Below, one piece after another: positions 20,110 through 29,346 of a stretch of DNA of 64,000 nt. A model generated the notes under the pieces. That model was not told the DNA's origin, ran no database searches, and worked only from the letters and a program-made list of their open reading frames with translations. Positions within the stretch are counted from its first letter, which is position 1. Each line of letters opens with the position of its first letter. A program made the translations under genes and the position numbers. The DNA comes from Halobacteriales archaeon. Lineage in GTDB: Archaea; Halobacteriota; Halobacteria; Halobacteriales; Haloarculaceae. The DNA is taken from positions 57,629 to 121,628 of the forward strand of contig JAXHLZ010000001.1 of the NCBI GenBank assembly GCA_034521675.1, given 5' to 3'.

Positions 20110-21051
20110 TCAGTCTCCCTGTGCGTGTGCCCGGTCGCGCGCTGCTGCCGGCGAGAGTCCCTCGCGGGCGACCGCCTCTACGAAGAACTCTCCCGCCTTG
20201 AACGACGAGCGCACCATCGGGCCGGACGCGCAGTAGCGGAAGTCGAACTCTTCCTCTGCGACCGTCTGCCACGTGTCGAACTTGTCGGGGTGGACGTACT
20301 CGAACACTTCCAGGTGGCGTGTCGACGGCTGGAGATACTGCCCGAGCGTGACGATATCCGTGCCGATCTCCCGCAGGTCCGACAGCGTCTGGTACACCTC
20401 GTGGTCGTACTCGCCCACGCCGAGCATAATGGAGGTCTTCGCGTAGCAGTCGGCGTCCGCGATCTGTGTGAGCACGTCGAGCGACTGCTCGTAGCCGGCT
20501 CGGCGGTCACGCACCGGCCACTGGAGCCGCGAGACGGTCTCGATGTTGTGGGCCAACACGTCCGGCTCGGCGTCGATGACCTGCTGTACAGCGTCTTCGT
20601 CGCCCTGGAAATCGGGAATCAGTGCTTCCACCAGAATCGACTCGTCGCGGCGCTTGATCTCGCGAATCGTCTCCGCGAAGTGTGCTGCGCCGCCGTCCGC
20701 GAGGTCGTCGCGGTCTACGCTCGTCAGGACGACGTAGTCGAGACCGATTTCGGCCACGGCGCTCGCGACGTTTGCCGGCTCGTCTTGGTCGAGCGACTCC
20801 ATTCCGCCGGTCTCTACGTCACAGAAGTTACAGCCTCGCGAGCAGCGGTCGCCCATCAGCATGAACGTCGCCGTCCCCGGGCCGTTGCGCCCGGACCAGC
20901 AGTCGCCGAGGTTCGGACACGACGCCTCTTCGCAGACGGTGTGGAGGTCGTGCTCGCGCAGCGTCGACTTGATGTCGGTGAACCGCTCTCCCGACGGTGG
21001 ACGCATCTTCAGCCACTCCGGCTTTCGGGGCCGGTCACGCGAGCCACTCAT
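20110..21051 (-). CDS. lipA: Lipoyl synthase
   Basis: CEEASCPNLGDC and CSRGCNFC motifs; RSS; ATG at 21051. Confidence 0.96.
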   Translation of the reverse strand: MSGSRDRPRKPEWLKMRPPSGERFTDIKSTLREHDLHTVCEEASCPNLGDCWSGRNGPGTATFMLMGDRCSRGCNFCDVETGGMESLDQDEPANVASAVAEIGLDYVVLTSVDRDDLADGGAAHFAETIREIKRRDESILVEALIPDFQGDEDAVQQVIDAEPDVLAHNIETVSRLQWPVRDRRAGYEQSLDVLTQIADADCYAKTSIMLGVGEYDHEVYQTLSDLREIGTDIVTLGQYLQPSTRHLEVFEYVHPDKFDTWQTVAEEEFDFRYCASGPMVRSSFKAGEFFVEAVAREGLSPAAARDRAHAQGD

Positions 21052-21168
21052 TGTGTGTCTGTTTGCCTCTGCCGGCAAAAGCGTGCTGTCCCCGCTGTGT
21101 TTGGATTTGAGTTTGGTTGTTTCTTTTCGGCCACCTCGCTCGCTGGCTTGGTCTTCGGTGATGAACAT

Positions 21169-21394
21169 AGCTTGAACGCCCCGGACGTATCACTTGATTG
21201 CTCTGACTGCGTCGATGAGCACAGCTTGAAAGCCCCGGACGTGTCGCTCGCTGATTCCGCTGACTACCTTCTCACGAGCAGCTTGAAAGCCCCGGGCGCG
21301 TCGCGGTCCTCCGCTGACATCTCTCTGCTCACTTCGTTCGCGTCGAGAGTGGTCACGGAACCGACCAGGTAAACGCGACACGTCCGCCCCTTTC
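21169..21394. repeat. Three degenerate AGCTTGAA(A/C)GCCCCGG units, the last extending into a GAAAG...CTTTC stem-loop
   Basis: Units start at 21169, 21223 and 21280 (54 and 57 bp apart); the intervening sequences are related (CTGA/CTGAC motifs). Confidence 0.8.
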
Positions 21395-21410
21395 TGTCCC
21401 ACCCACTACA

Positions 21411-21641
21411 ACAGCACCGCCCACAGGCCTCCCCAGCCGATTCACTCGCTTCGCTCGTTCATCCCTCGCGCTGACTCGCGCGCCGTTGCGCGCTCGGGCC
21501 ACGCCAGAGCACAGATTCGACAGGCAACGGAGGCGGTGGCCTACCGCACCGCGCGTCAGCGCGTGTGCGGTGTGGGGGAGGGTTGGTGTGGTCCGTCGCG
21601 CCCTCGTGGCGCGACTCGACCGCCAGCGGTCGCGGTGCTGT
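21411..21641. repeat. Hairpin-rich REP-like segment bounded by a 10-bp inverted repeat
   Basis: ACAGCACCGC (21411-20) pairs with GCGGTGCTGT (21632-41); internal CCTCCCCAGCCGATTC, GCTTCGC and GTCGCGCC/GGCGCGAC. Confidence 0.65.
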
Positions 21642-21920
21642 ACCCTATGCCAAGCACTCACAGCGGTCACGGTGCCGTCGAAGCCAACTCAAACAGCACG
21701 GTGCTGTATCCGAGGCCAAGCACTCATAGCGGTCACGGTACTGTCGAAACCAACCCAAACAGTGCAGTGCTGTACCCTATGCCAAGTAATCGCAGTGGTC
21801 GCGGTGCTGTCGAAGCCAACTCAAACAGCGCGGTGCTGTATCCTATGCCAAGCACTCATAGCGGTCACGATACTGTCGAAACCAACCCAAACAGTGCAGT
21901 GCTATCGAAACCAATCAAAA
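21635..21920. repeat. Tandem array of 4 x 66 bp with 132-bp higher-order periodicity
   Basis: Units at 21635, 21701, 21767 and 21833, plus a partial unit at 21899; units 1/3 and 2/4 share diagnostic bases. Confidence 0.93.
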
Positions 21921-21927
21921 AGACGGA

Positions 21928-24174
21928 CTAGTCAGCGGCGCGAGGCTGCCCGCCCGACCCGCCACGCCGTCCGCCCAGCGTCACCACGTGCAACACCGCC
22001 AGCCCGAGAGCATACATCCCGACGATCGGAATCCCGAGTAGGAACATCATAAACACACCCTGCGGGGAGGCGAAGGCGACGATAGTGAGGACAGCGAGAG
22101 TGACGACCCGCCAGCGGTCGCGCATCTGCCGGTAGCCGACGAGCCCGCCCGCGTGGAACAGCCACATCGTCACCGGGACACAAAACAGGAGACCGACGCC
22201 GACGGTGGTGAAGAAGACCATCCACCCGAAGTTGTTGATGCGGTAGGCGATGACCATCGACGCCGTGAGCGCGTCGTTCGCGAGCCACGAGATGATACGC
22301 GGTGCGACGAAGAGGAAGCCGACTACCGTCCCGGCCGACAACGTGGCAAAGACGCTTCCGGCCCACACGAACAGCACGCGACGGTCGCCGCTGGCGAAGC
22401 CGCGCTCTTTCAGCGCCGGCCACGCGAAGTAGAGCAGCAGCGGTATCGTCGCGGCCGCGCCGACGACGATCGAGAGCTTGATCTCGAAGATGAGCGCCTC
22501 GACCGGATGGAGCGCGACGATGTTCACCTGCTCGGCGGAGAACCCCTCCGAGAGCCGGCCGAGGAAGCTTGCTTTCAGCCAGCCGATACCGCCGGTGTAG
22601 AGCCACGAGAACATCCCCGCGAGCACGACCATGAACGTCCCCACGAGCAGGAACGCCTTCGACCGCAGCGAGGAGGCGATAAACGCGATGTCGTGGTAGT
22701 AGCCGCCGATGTCGTCCTCGTCCACGTCGTCGTCGGTGAACGACGACAACATCCCCGCGCCTGTCTCGGCGACGACGTTGCCACCGCCTTCCTCCTCGAC
22801 CGGCTCGGTCGAAGCCGGGTCGCTCGCCGTTCCGGCGGCGGGCTCTCCGTCTGTATCCGTCTCATCGACGTCTGTCTCGGCGACCGCGTCGTAGCGGTCG
22901 AGAATCGCCTGGGCCTTCTCGTCGTCGCCGTCGTCGAGTGCGCCGCTCGCAAGTGCGAGCGCCTCGTCCTCCGTGAGCGTCTCGAACGCCTCCGGTGGCG
23001 CAGCCCGAATCCCCGCAGCATCCAGTGTCGAGAGGTCGAGGTCGGCCGGGTCGCCGGTGCTCGCGACGCGTGGCGACCGGTCGGCAACGGCGTCCAGCGC
23101 GCGGAACATCAACGCGACTGTCACAGCGAGCGCGCCGACCGCAGCGACGAGCACGGCAATTACTCCCACGACGACCGCAGTATCGACTCCGAGCAGGGTG
23201 TCGGTCGCTGCCGTTTGCGGAAACCGCTTCGCGAAGGAGGGACCAAGATACGGGAGCGACTCCAACGTGCGCATTACGCCGTCAAGCTGACCGTCGAACG
23301 TGGCTCGCCCGAGCAGGAATGTGACCGCACCGGTGAGGAAGCCGACGCCGGCGACGACGTTCCAGTTCTCGCGGGCGGTCGGCTTCAACCCGATCTGTTT
23401 CCCGGCGGTCTGTGCGGTGACGAGGAAGCGGGTCAGCCCCAGCGAGAACGCGTACAGTATGACCAGCGGCGTCGCCCACATCAGCTGCGTGAGCGGGTCC
23501 GGCGGCGTGAACACTGCACCCGCAGCGTAGAGCACGACGATGGCGTGTTTCCAGTAGTCGCGGAACGTCTCGTAGGGAACGACGCCGGACAGTGCCAGCC
23601 CGGACATCGCGAGCGGAAGCTGTGCTGCGAGCCCGAACGAGAGCGAGAGCAGGAAGACGAACTGGACCCACTTCACGATGGAGTACGTCGGCGAGATATC
23701 GGCCGCGGCGGCGTTGGCCGCGAGGAAGTCGAACACAACCGGGAAGAAGAGCAGGTAGCCGTACGCCGCGCCTGCGAGCAGGAGTACGACCGCCCCGGCG
23801 ATGACGAGGGCGATTTTCCAGCGCGGGATACCGGTCGGCCAGTAGCCCCGCGTCTTCAGCGCGTCGCGCGAGTAGTAGATAAGGAACGGAATCGACAGTA
23901 GGAGCCCGACGACGAGCCCGATTTTCACCTGCAACAGAATCACGTCGAACGGCGTGACGGCGACGATGGTCGCCTCGGGAGCGTCGGCGAGCAGATCGGC
24001 TTTCATCCGGTCCCAGCCGTAGTTGCGTAAGAACAGAATCGTCGCGATGAGCCCGACAACGAAGATGATAAACACCTTCTGGAGGTGGCTCTGTGCGGCC
24101 GACAGCATGGAGCCGAGGGTCTCGCGACCGCTCTGGAGCCCACGGGTGACATCGTTGTCGACGATTCCAGACAC
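21928..24174 (-). CDS. tatC: Twin-arginine translocase TatC, duplicated-domain form (TatCt)
   Basis: Two TatC modules (VTPFDVILLQVK...FTPPDPLTQ; LHPVEALIFEIK) with an acidic linker; GTG at 24174. Confidence 0.9.
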   Translation of the reverse strand: MSGIVDNDVTRGLQSGRETLGSMLSAAQSHLQKVFIIFVVGLIATILFLRNYGWDRMKADLLADAPEATIVAVTPFDVILLQVKIGLVVGLLLSIPFLIYYSRDALKTRGYWPTGIPRWKIALVIAGAVVLLLAGAAYGYLLFFPVVFDFLAANAAAADISPTYSIVKWVQFVFLLSLSFGLAAQLPLAMSGLALSGVVPYETFRDYWKHAIVVLYAAGAVFTPPDPLTQLMWATPLVILYAFSLGLTRFLVTAQTAGKQIGLKPTARENWNVVAGVGFLTGAVTFLLGRATFDGQLDGVMRTLESLPYLGPSFAKRFPQTAATDTLLGVDTAVVVGVIAVLVAAVGALAVTVALMFRALDAVADRSPRVASTGDPADLDLSTLDAAGIRAAPPEAFETLTEDEALALASGALDDGDDEKAQAILDRYDAVAETDVDETDTDGEPAAGTASDPASTEPVEEEGGGNVVAETGAGMLSSFTDDDVDEDDIGGYYHDIAFIASSLRSKAFLLVGTFMVVLAGMFSWLYTGGIGWLKASFLGRLSEGFSAEQVNIVALHPVEALIFEIKLSIVVGAAATIPLLLYFAWPALKERGFASGDRRVLFVWAGSVFATLSAGTVVGFLFVAPRIISWLANDALTASMVIAYRINNFGWMVFFTTVGVGLLFCVPVTMWLFHAGGLVGYRQMRDRWRVVTLAVLTIVAFASPQGVFMMFLLGIPIVGMYALGLAVLHVVTLGGRRGGSGGQPRAAD

Positions 24175-24268
24175 GTGTGTGGTTGGGTACCGCCGGTTTA
24201 TCAACCTTTCAGGCTCGGTCGCACGTCGAGAAGAAGGCTTACAACCGGGCGACGCCGAACGCACGCTA

Positions 24269-25468
24269 ATGCCTGAGGAGTCGGACGACGACGCTACCCC
24301 TCCAGAGCCTGCGATTCGCCGTCTCGACGACGGCGACGAGGGGACCGGCGACTCCGTATCTGACTCTACCGCTGACAGCGAAACGCCCGACGACGCCGAC
24401 TCAACGGACGAGGATTCGAACACCTCGCCGACGACGATGGAGGATGACCCGTTCGACGGCTACGAGGTGGACACGACGCCGGCAATCGAGCGCGACTCGC
24501 TGGAGCGCGACGACGACGAGGAAGAACCGGACGACACCGACGACGAGGAAGAACCGGACGATATCGACGACGAGAACGAGAGCGAGGATATCGGTAACCG
24601 GGGAGATGAGTCGTTCGATGACGGCTCGCCCGGTGTCGGCAGCTCGGCCGAAGTCGCCCAGCCGGAGCCGGTGAGCGACCCCGCGGAGTACGAGGGCGCG
24701 CCCGATGACCAGGAGATGCCGCTTGCCGACCACGTCGAGGAGATGGTGAAGCGGCTCGGCGTGGTTATCGTCGCGATGGCGGCCGTCTCCGGCGTCGTGT
24801 TCCCGTTCGCGACGTATCTCATCAACTTCCTGTGGTTCACCTATCTCCCCGGTACCGAGGAGATCTGTCGCCAGGTGGCACTAGTCGGCGCGGAGAACGT
24901 CGACCCACAGACCGCCTGCGCGCGCGTCTACCACCCGCTTGCGGTCGTACTGGCGCGGCTGAAGGTGGCGACGCTCGCGGGATTCGTCGTTGCGCTCCCG
25001 CTGTTCGTCTACGAGACGTATCTGTTTATGCGCCCGGGGCTGTATCCGACGGAGCGACGTTACTACCTCGCGAGCGTGCCGACGAGCCTGGTACTCGCCG
25101 CCGCCGGGATGCTGTTCGCCCATCACCTCGTCATTCCCATCCTGTTCGACTACTTTGTCGGCTACTCACAGGGCGCGACGACGCTTGCGTTCGGGCTGAC
25201 GGACACGTTCGACCTCATCGTGCTGATGCTCGGTTCGTTCGCTATCGTCTTCCAGATTCCGCTGTTCATTATGTTAGCGCTGATGATGGGGCTCGTCACG
25301 CGAACGTGGCTCCAGTCCCGCCGGCTCATCTTCTGGGGGCTGTTCGCCGCGCTGGCGTTCCTGTTCACGGGCGACCCGACCGGACTCGGGCCGATCTTCG
25401 TCGCCGTGACGATGATCGTCCTCTTCGAGGGAACGCTGCTGCTCGCGCAGTGGACCGGCCACGAGTAG
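24269..25468 (+). CDS. tatC: Twin-arginine translocase TatC with acidic N-terminal extension (TatCo)
   Basis: EMPLADHVEEM, FMRPGLYPTERR, FQIP, GDPT; ATG at 24269. Confidence 0.92.
   Translation: MPEESDDDATPPEPAIRRLDDGDEGTGDSVSDSTADSETPDDADSTDEDSNTSPTTMEDDPFDGYEVDTTPAIERDSLERDDDEEEPDDTDDEEEPDDIDDENESEDIGNRGDESFDDGSPGVGSSAEVAQPEPVSDPAEYEGAPDDQEMPLADHVEEMVKRLGVVIVAMAAVSGVVFPFATYLINFLWFTYLPGTEEICRQVALVGAENVDPQTACARVYHPLAVVLARLKVATLAGFVVALPLFVYETYLFMRPGLYPTERRYYLASVPTSLVLAAAGMLFAHHLVIPILFDYFVGYSQGATTLAFGLTDTFDLIVLMLGSFAIVFQIPLFIMLALMMGLVTRTWLQSRRLIFWGLFAALAFLFTGDPTGLGPIFVAVTMIVLFEGTLLLAQWTGHE
24512..24574. repeat. 27-bp tandem repeat (DDEEEPDDT/I) in the tatC N-tail
   Basis: GACGACGAGGAAGAACCGGACGA at 24512 and 24539. 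Confidence 0.85.
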
Positions 25469-25471
25469 TCA

Positions 25472-25550
25472 TACGGATTACGTAATTCATTTCCGTACTA
25501 ACCGCACGCAGTCGTGCGGTCGTAGCGGTAAACAGTTAGCGTAATCCGTA
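25472..25550. mobile_element. MITE-like palindromic element, family B copy 2
   Basis: TACGGATTACG...CGTAATCCGTA flanked by TCA/TCA (the right one is the stop of 25551..25952); near-identical to 20030-20109. Confidence 0.82.
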
Positions 25551-25952
25551 TCAGAACAGAATACCGACGCCGAGGAGATTTCCGAGCGCGATACCGAGCA
25601 CGACTGCGAACGCGAAGTGGAGCACGACGACCGGCACCGCAGACCGCAGCTTCAGCCGGTAGGCGACGCTGACGGCGAAGAGGTCCGCGACGAGCGCGAC
25701 GACGAGCGCCACCCCGACGAGCGCGGAGGCACTAATGCCGAAGGCCCCCGACTGGCCGTACTCGCCGAGCAGAATCGAGACGAGTGCCGGTACCGGCCCG
25801 GCGTAGGCGGCCCGCTGTGAGGGTACGTCGCCGATGAAGAAGGTGGCCGCGAGATGAAGCGTAAAGGCGTAGAATGCTGCCGTCAGGAGGAACGTGACGG
25901 CGAGCGCGAGCAGTCCGCCGCCGGCGATGCTCTGGAGTGTGAAGGCGTCCAT
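25551..25952 (-). CDS. Hypothetical membrane protein
   Basis: About 4 hydrophobic helices; downstream of tbp in the same orientation. Confidence 0.75.
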   Translation of the reverse strand: MDAFTLQSIAGGGLLALAVTFLLTAAFYAFTLHLAATFFIGDVPSQRAAYAGPVPALVSILLGEYGQSGAFGISASALVGVALVVALVADLFAVSVAYRLKLRSAVPVVVLHFAFAVVLGIALGNLLGVGILF

Positions 25953-25985
25953 CGCCCCGTTCTACGAGGCGTCGCTGTTTATCCG

Positions 25986-26546
25986 TTACGCGAGGAGACC
26001 GAGTTCGTCCAGTCGCCCGACGATGGTGTCGACAGCCGCCTCGGCGTCCTCGGGCTCCTTCCCACCGGTGATGACGAGCTTGCCGGAGCCGAACAGCAGC
26101 GCCACCACATCCGGGTCGTCCAGCCGGTAGACGAGCCCCGGGAACTGCTCGGGCTCGTACTCGATATTCTCGAGGCCCAGTCCGATGGCGATAGCGTTCA
26201 GATTCAGGTCCTCGCCGAAGTCGGCCGAGGTGACGATGTTCTGGACCGTAATCTCCGGGTCGTCTTCGATGGGGATATCGAGTGCGCGGAGCTCGTCGAA
26301 GACGAGATGGAGCGCCTCGTGCACGTCAGCGGTGGATTTCGCACCGGTGCAGACGACCTTGCCGGACCGGAAAATGAGTGCAGCTGACTTCGGATTCTGC
26401 GTGCGGTAGACGAGTCCCGGAAACTGCTCCGGATCGTAGTCGGCCCCTTCGAGATCCATCGCGACGCTCTGTAGATCGAGCTCCTGGGCGATACCGGTCG
26501 ATGCCACCACGTTCTCGATATTGATGGTCCCTTTGGGGTCATCCAT
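25986..26546 (-). CDS. tbp: TATA-box binding protein
   Basis: Two repeats NVVAS/NIVTS...Y(D/E)PEQFPGLVYR...F(R/G)SGK. Confidence 0.98.
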   Translation of the reverse strand: MDDPKGTINIENVVASTGIAQELDLQSVAMDLEGADYDPEQFPGLVYRTQNPKSAALIFRSGKVVCTGAKSTADVHEALHLVFDELRALDIPIEDDPEITVQNIVTSADFGEDLNLNAIAIGLGLENIEYEPEQFPGLVYRLDDPDVVALLFGSGKLVITGGKEPEDAEAAVDTIVGRLDELGLLA

Positions 26547-26638
26547 TTAACTCATCTGTCGGTGCTACGCTTCAAAAAGGTACGTATGGACCCGCGCGCT
26601 ATCGCCGGCTTCTTGCGCTCGCAGGGGCGACGTTCAGT

Positions 26639-27631
26639 GTGTATCTCCTCGAACTCGGCGGCGAAGACGATGCCTTCGCGGCCCGGGAGGCGGCGAGTGC
26701 CTGCGCCGATGTTCGGCGACTCGCGCCCGGGCTGGCGACGGCCCGCACCGTCACCGACCGGGTCCGAGGGCTCGCGTATACCCACGCCGCGAGCGAGCTT
26801 GTCGGCACCACCGAGGGCGGTATCGACGCCGCTGTCACGCTCCTCGATGCCGCGAGTATCGACCGCACCGGAACCGTCGCTGTCAGAGCACGCGACGTGC
26901 AGGGAACGGCCGACGTATCCACTCAGCAGGCAGAACGCGAGCTCGGTGGCACGCTCACCGACCGCGGCTTCGCCGTCGATCTCGACTCGCCCGACCACGA
27001 ACTCCGGGCGCTCTTCGCCGGTGAGACGGTCGCGCTCGCGTGGCTGGAGATGGAATCAGTTCGAGATTTCGGGAAGCGCCGCCCAACCGACAAGCCGTTC
27101 TTCCAGCCCGGGAGTATGGACCCGCTGTTAGCGCGCGCGGTCGCCAATATCGCCGGTGCGCGGCCCGGACGCACGGTGCTCGACCCAATGTGCGGGACCG
27201 GCGGCGGACTCGTCGAAGCCGGCCTCATCGGCGCGGATGTGCTCGGCAACGACGCTCAGTGGAAAATGAGTCACGGCGCACGCGAGAACCTCGCGCACTT
27301 CCTCGACGGTGACGGCGTTCCGGGACTCCCAACGCCCGGGCGCTACGACGTGGTGAGGGGGGACGCGTCCCGGCTCCCGTTCCGTGACGGAGCGGCCGAC
27401 TGCGTCGTGTTCGATGCGCCGTACGGTCGCCAGTCGAAAATCGCGAACCAGTCGCTGTCGGCGCTCGTCGCTGACGCACTCGTCGAGGCCAACCGTGTCG
27501 CTGACCGCGGTGTTCTGGTCTGTGACCGCGAGTGGGACGCCGCCGCCCGCGACGCTGGCTGGACCGTCGAGTCCCGGTTCGTCCGCCCGGTCCACGGCAG
27601 TCTCGACCGCCACATCCTCGTGTTGCGGTAG
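26639..27631 (+). CDS. tRNA (guanine-N2) methyltransferase, Trm11/TrmG10-like (THUMP + MTase)
   Basis: PFFQPGSMDP, LDPMCGTGG, FDAPYG. Confidence 0.85.
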   Translation: MYLLELGGEDDAFAAREAASACADVRRLAPGLATARTVTDRVRGLAYTHAASELVGTTEGGIDAAVTLLDAASIDRTGTVAVRARDVQGTADVSTQQAERELGGTLTDRGFAVDLDSPDHELRALFAGETVALAWLEMESVRDFGKRRPTDKPFFQPGSMDPLLARAVANIAGARPGRTVLDPMCGTGGGLVEAGLIGADVLGNDAQWKMSHGARENLAHFLDGDGVPGLPTPGRYDVVRGDASRLPFRDGAADCVVFDAPYGRQSKIANQSLSALVADALVEANRVADRGVLVCDREWDAAARDAGWTVESRFVRPVHGSLDRHILVLR

Positions 27632-27666
27632 TCCCCAACGTGCCTTTTTGACTGGCGTGCGTGCCG

Positions 27667-29184
27667 TTATTCGGACGATGACTCCGCGAGCGGGTTCTTC
27701 CGCGTCTGCGGTGGATGCTGGACCCGGAGGTATGGTGGCTCCTCGATGTACTCAACCAACGAGGTGCTGCCGACGAACCCGCAGGGCGATTTGCTGAGCG
27801 TAATATACTGGAGCCCGTTATCGGCGATCCAGGTCCGGAGCACCTGCTCAGCAGTGTCGATGTAGAACGATCCGACCTGATCGCCAACGACTGAGGGGTT
27901 CATTGTGTACAGTAGGCTGTCGTCCTGCTCGAGGATCTGCGTCTCGTGGAAGTGCCGAAGTTCCCGCGCGCTGCCCTGGCCGAAGGTATGAACGATCGCG
28001 CCCGTGTCAATCACCCCAAAGAGGGGTCGATCGGATTGGTCGGCGATATCACGAAGCAACTGCTTAATCTCATCGACGGTCTCTGGTGCCCTGTGGACGT
28101 TCTCTCTCGTGTGGTCCCATCCGCCGATCATATCGATCACCGAGAGCCGGCCCTCTTTGAGGATCGTACCGAGCGACTTGTCGTCGTTCGCTAACAGTTG
28201 CTCGACCCGACCTTCACGGAGTCCGATCGAGGGATTCAACAGGAGGTCGAAGTCGCCATTCAGTGCCCGTTTTAGCAGGAGCGCGTAGAATGCCATCAGA
28301 TTTGCCTTGCCATCGTGACTGAGCACCACGCCGGAACCTGTGACCAGACCGCCGCCGGCGAGCGCGTCGAATCCATCGATCCCGGTCGGCCGGTGATGGT
28401 GGGTTTTCAGTGCCGGCGGCTGCGACCGCCGATACGGGGCGATCCGGACGCCGGAGGCGTCGAACTCCAGTTCCATTTCCCGGCGGTCGTGGTCCACGCC
28501 GCGCATCTTGGTGACCGACAGGAACAGGTGTGGATCGTCCGCGACCTGTCGTCGTGCGAGTTCGATTACGCCGTGGGTAGTGAACTTCAGAATGTTTTCA
28601 AGACCGTCTGAGCCGGTGGAATTCTCGGCGGTGAGCAGCGTCGTCGCTCCAAAGTCGTCGGAAAAAAACCGAATCATATCGAGCGCGATCCGCTGGAGTT
28701 CCTGTCGCTGCTCGGCGATCACGCCGAGCCCCGAGATGCTGTCGAACACGACGCGGTCCTGCGGGGCGTGTCGTTCGAGGTACTGCTGGATGTATTCCGA
28801 GGTGAACGGGGCGCTGAACCCCTCTCCAAGCGACCTACCGCCTTCGAGCGTCTGAAGCGTGAACTCCTCCTCGCCGCTCTCGATCGTCCGTCCGGGGGCG
28901 GCATGGATAGAAGTGTACGTTAGGTTCTCGTGATCGAGATCGAAGTCGAACTCCGAGAACGCCTCTCGGAGTTCGTCGATCGTCTGCTCAGTACTAATAT
29001 ATAAACAGTTGTCGCCGGCGTCGAGCCCGGCCTGAAGAAATCCCATTCCAAGCGTGCTCTTTCCGGTCCCGTGGCCGCCGGTGATCAGCACCGATCGGTT
29101 TTTCGGGAGCCCACCTTTGAGCATCCCATCCAACGTCTTATCGCCCGTCGAGACGGTCGAGTGATCATCAATGGAAGACGACAC
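27667..29184 (-). CDS. KaiC/RAD55-like double-domain ATPase
   Basis: STGDKTLDGMLKGGLP, GGHGTGKST, VFDSIS, TKMRG; second domain TGIDGFDALAGGGL with a degenerate P-loop. GTG at 29184. Confidence 0.88.
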   Translation of the reverse strand: MSSSIDDHSTVSTGDKTLDGMLKGGLPKNRSVLITGGHGTGKSTLGMGFLQAGLDAGDNCLYISTEQTIDELREAFSEFDFDLDHENLTYTSIHAAPGRTIESGEEEFTLQTLEGGRSLGEGFSAPFTSEYIQQYLERHAPQDRVVFDSISGLGVIAEQRQELQRIALDMIRFFSDDFGATTLLTAENSTGSDGLENILKFTTHGVIELARRQVADDPHLFLSVTKMRGVDHDRREMELEFDASGVRIAPYRRSQPPALKTHHHRPTGIDGFDALAGGGLVTGSGVVLSHDGKANLMAFYALLLKRALNGDFDLLLNPSIGLREGRVEQLLANDDKSLGTILKEGRLSVIDMIGGWDHTRENVHRAPETVDEIKQLLRDIADQSDRPLFGVIDTGAIVHTFGQGSARELRHFHETQILEQDDSLLYTMNPSVVGDQVGSFYIDTAEQVLRTWIADNGLQYITLSKSPCGFVGSTSLVEYIEEPPYLRVQHPPQTRKNPLAESSSE

Positions 29185-29346
29185 ATCATCGTATCCAGCA
29201 CCAAGGCATATAACAATTCGTGAGGCCGTGTCAGCAGTGCCGAAGTGACATCTTCCCGCAGGTGAACACGCGGGCCTCTCACCCGATGTTCCTTTCCGGG
29301 TCGACGGCATCTCTCCCTGTATGAACGATTCGCCAGCGGTGAGAGT

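Noticed and set aside
21169-21920. CRISPR array
   Set aside because: The intervening sequences are related to each other rather than unique spacers, the repeats do not resemble the haloarchaeal I-B repeat, and there is no cas operon.
21486-22052. Repeat-protein ORFs over the 66-bp array (21486..22052, 21536..21931)
   Set aside because: A unit length divisible by 3 keeps several frames open by default, and the composition is unlike acidic haloarchaeal proteins.
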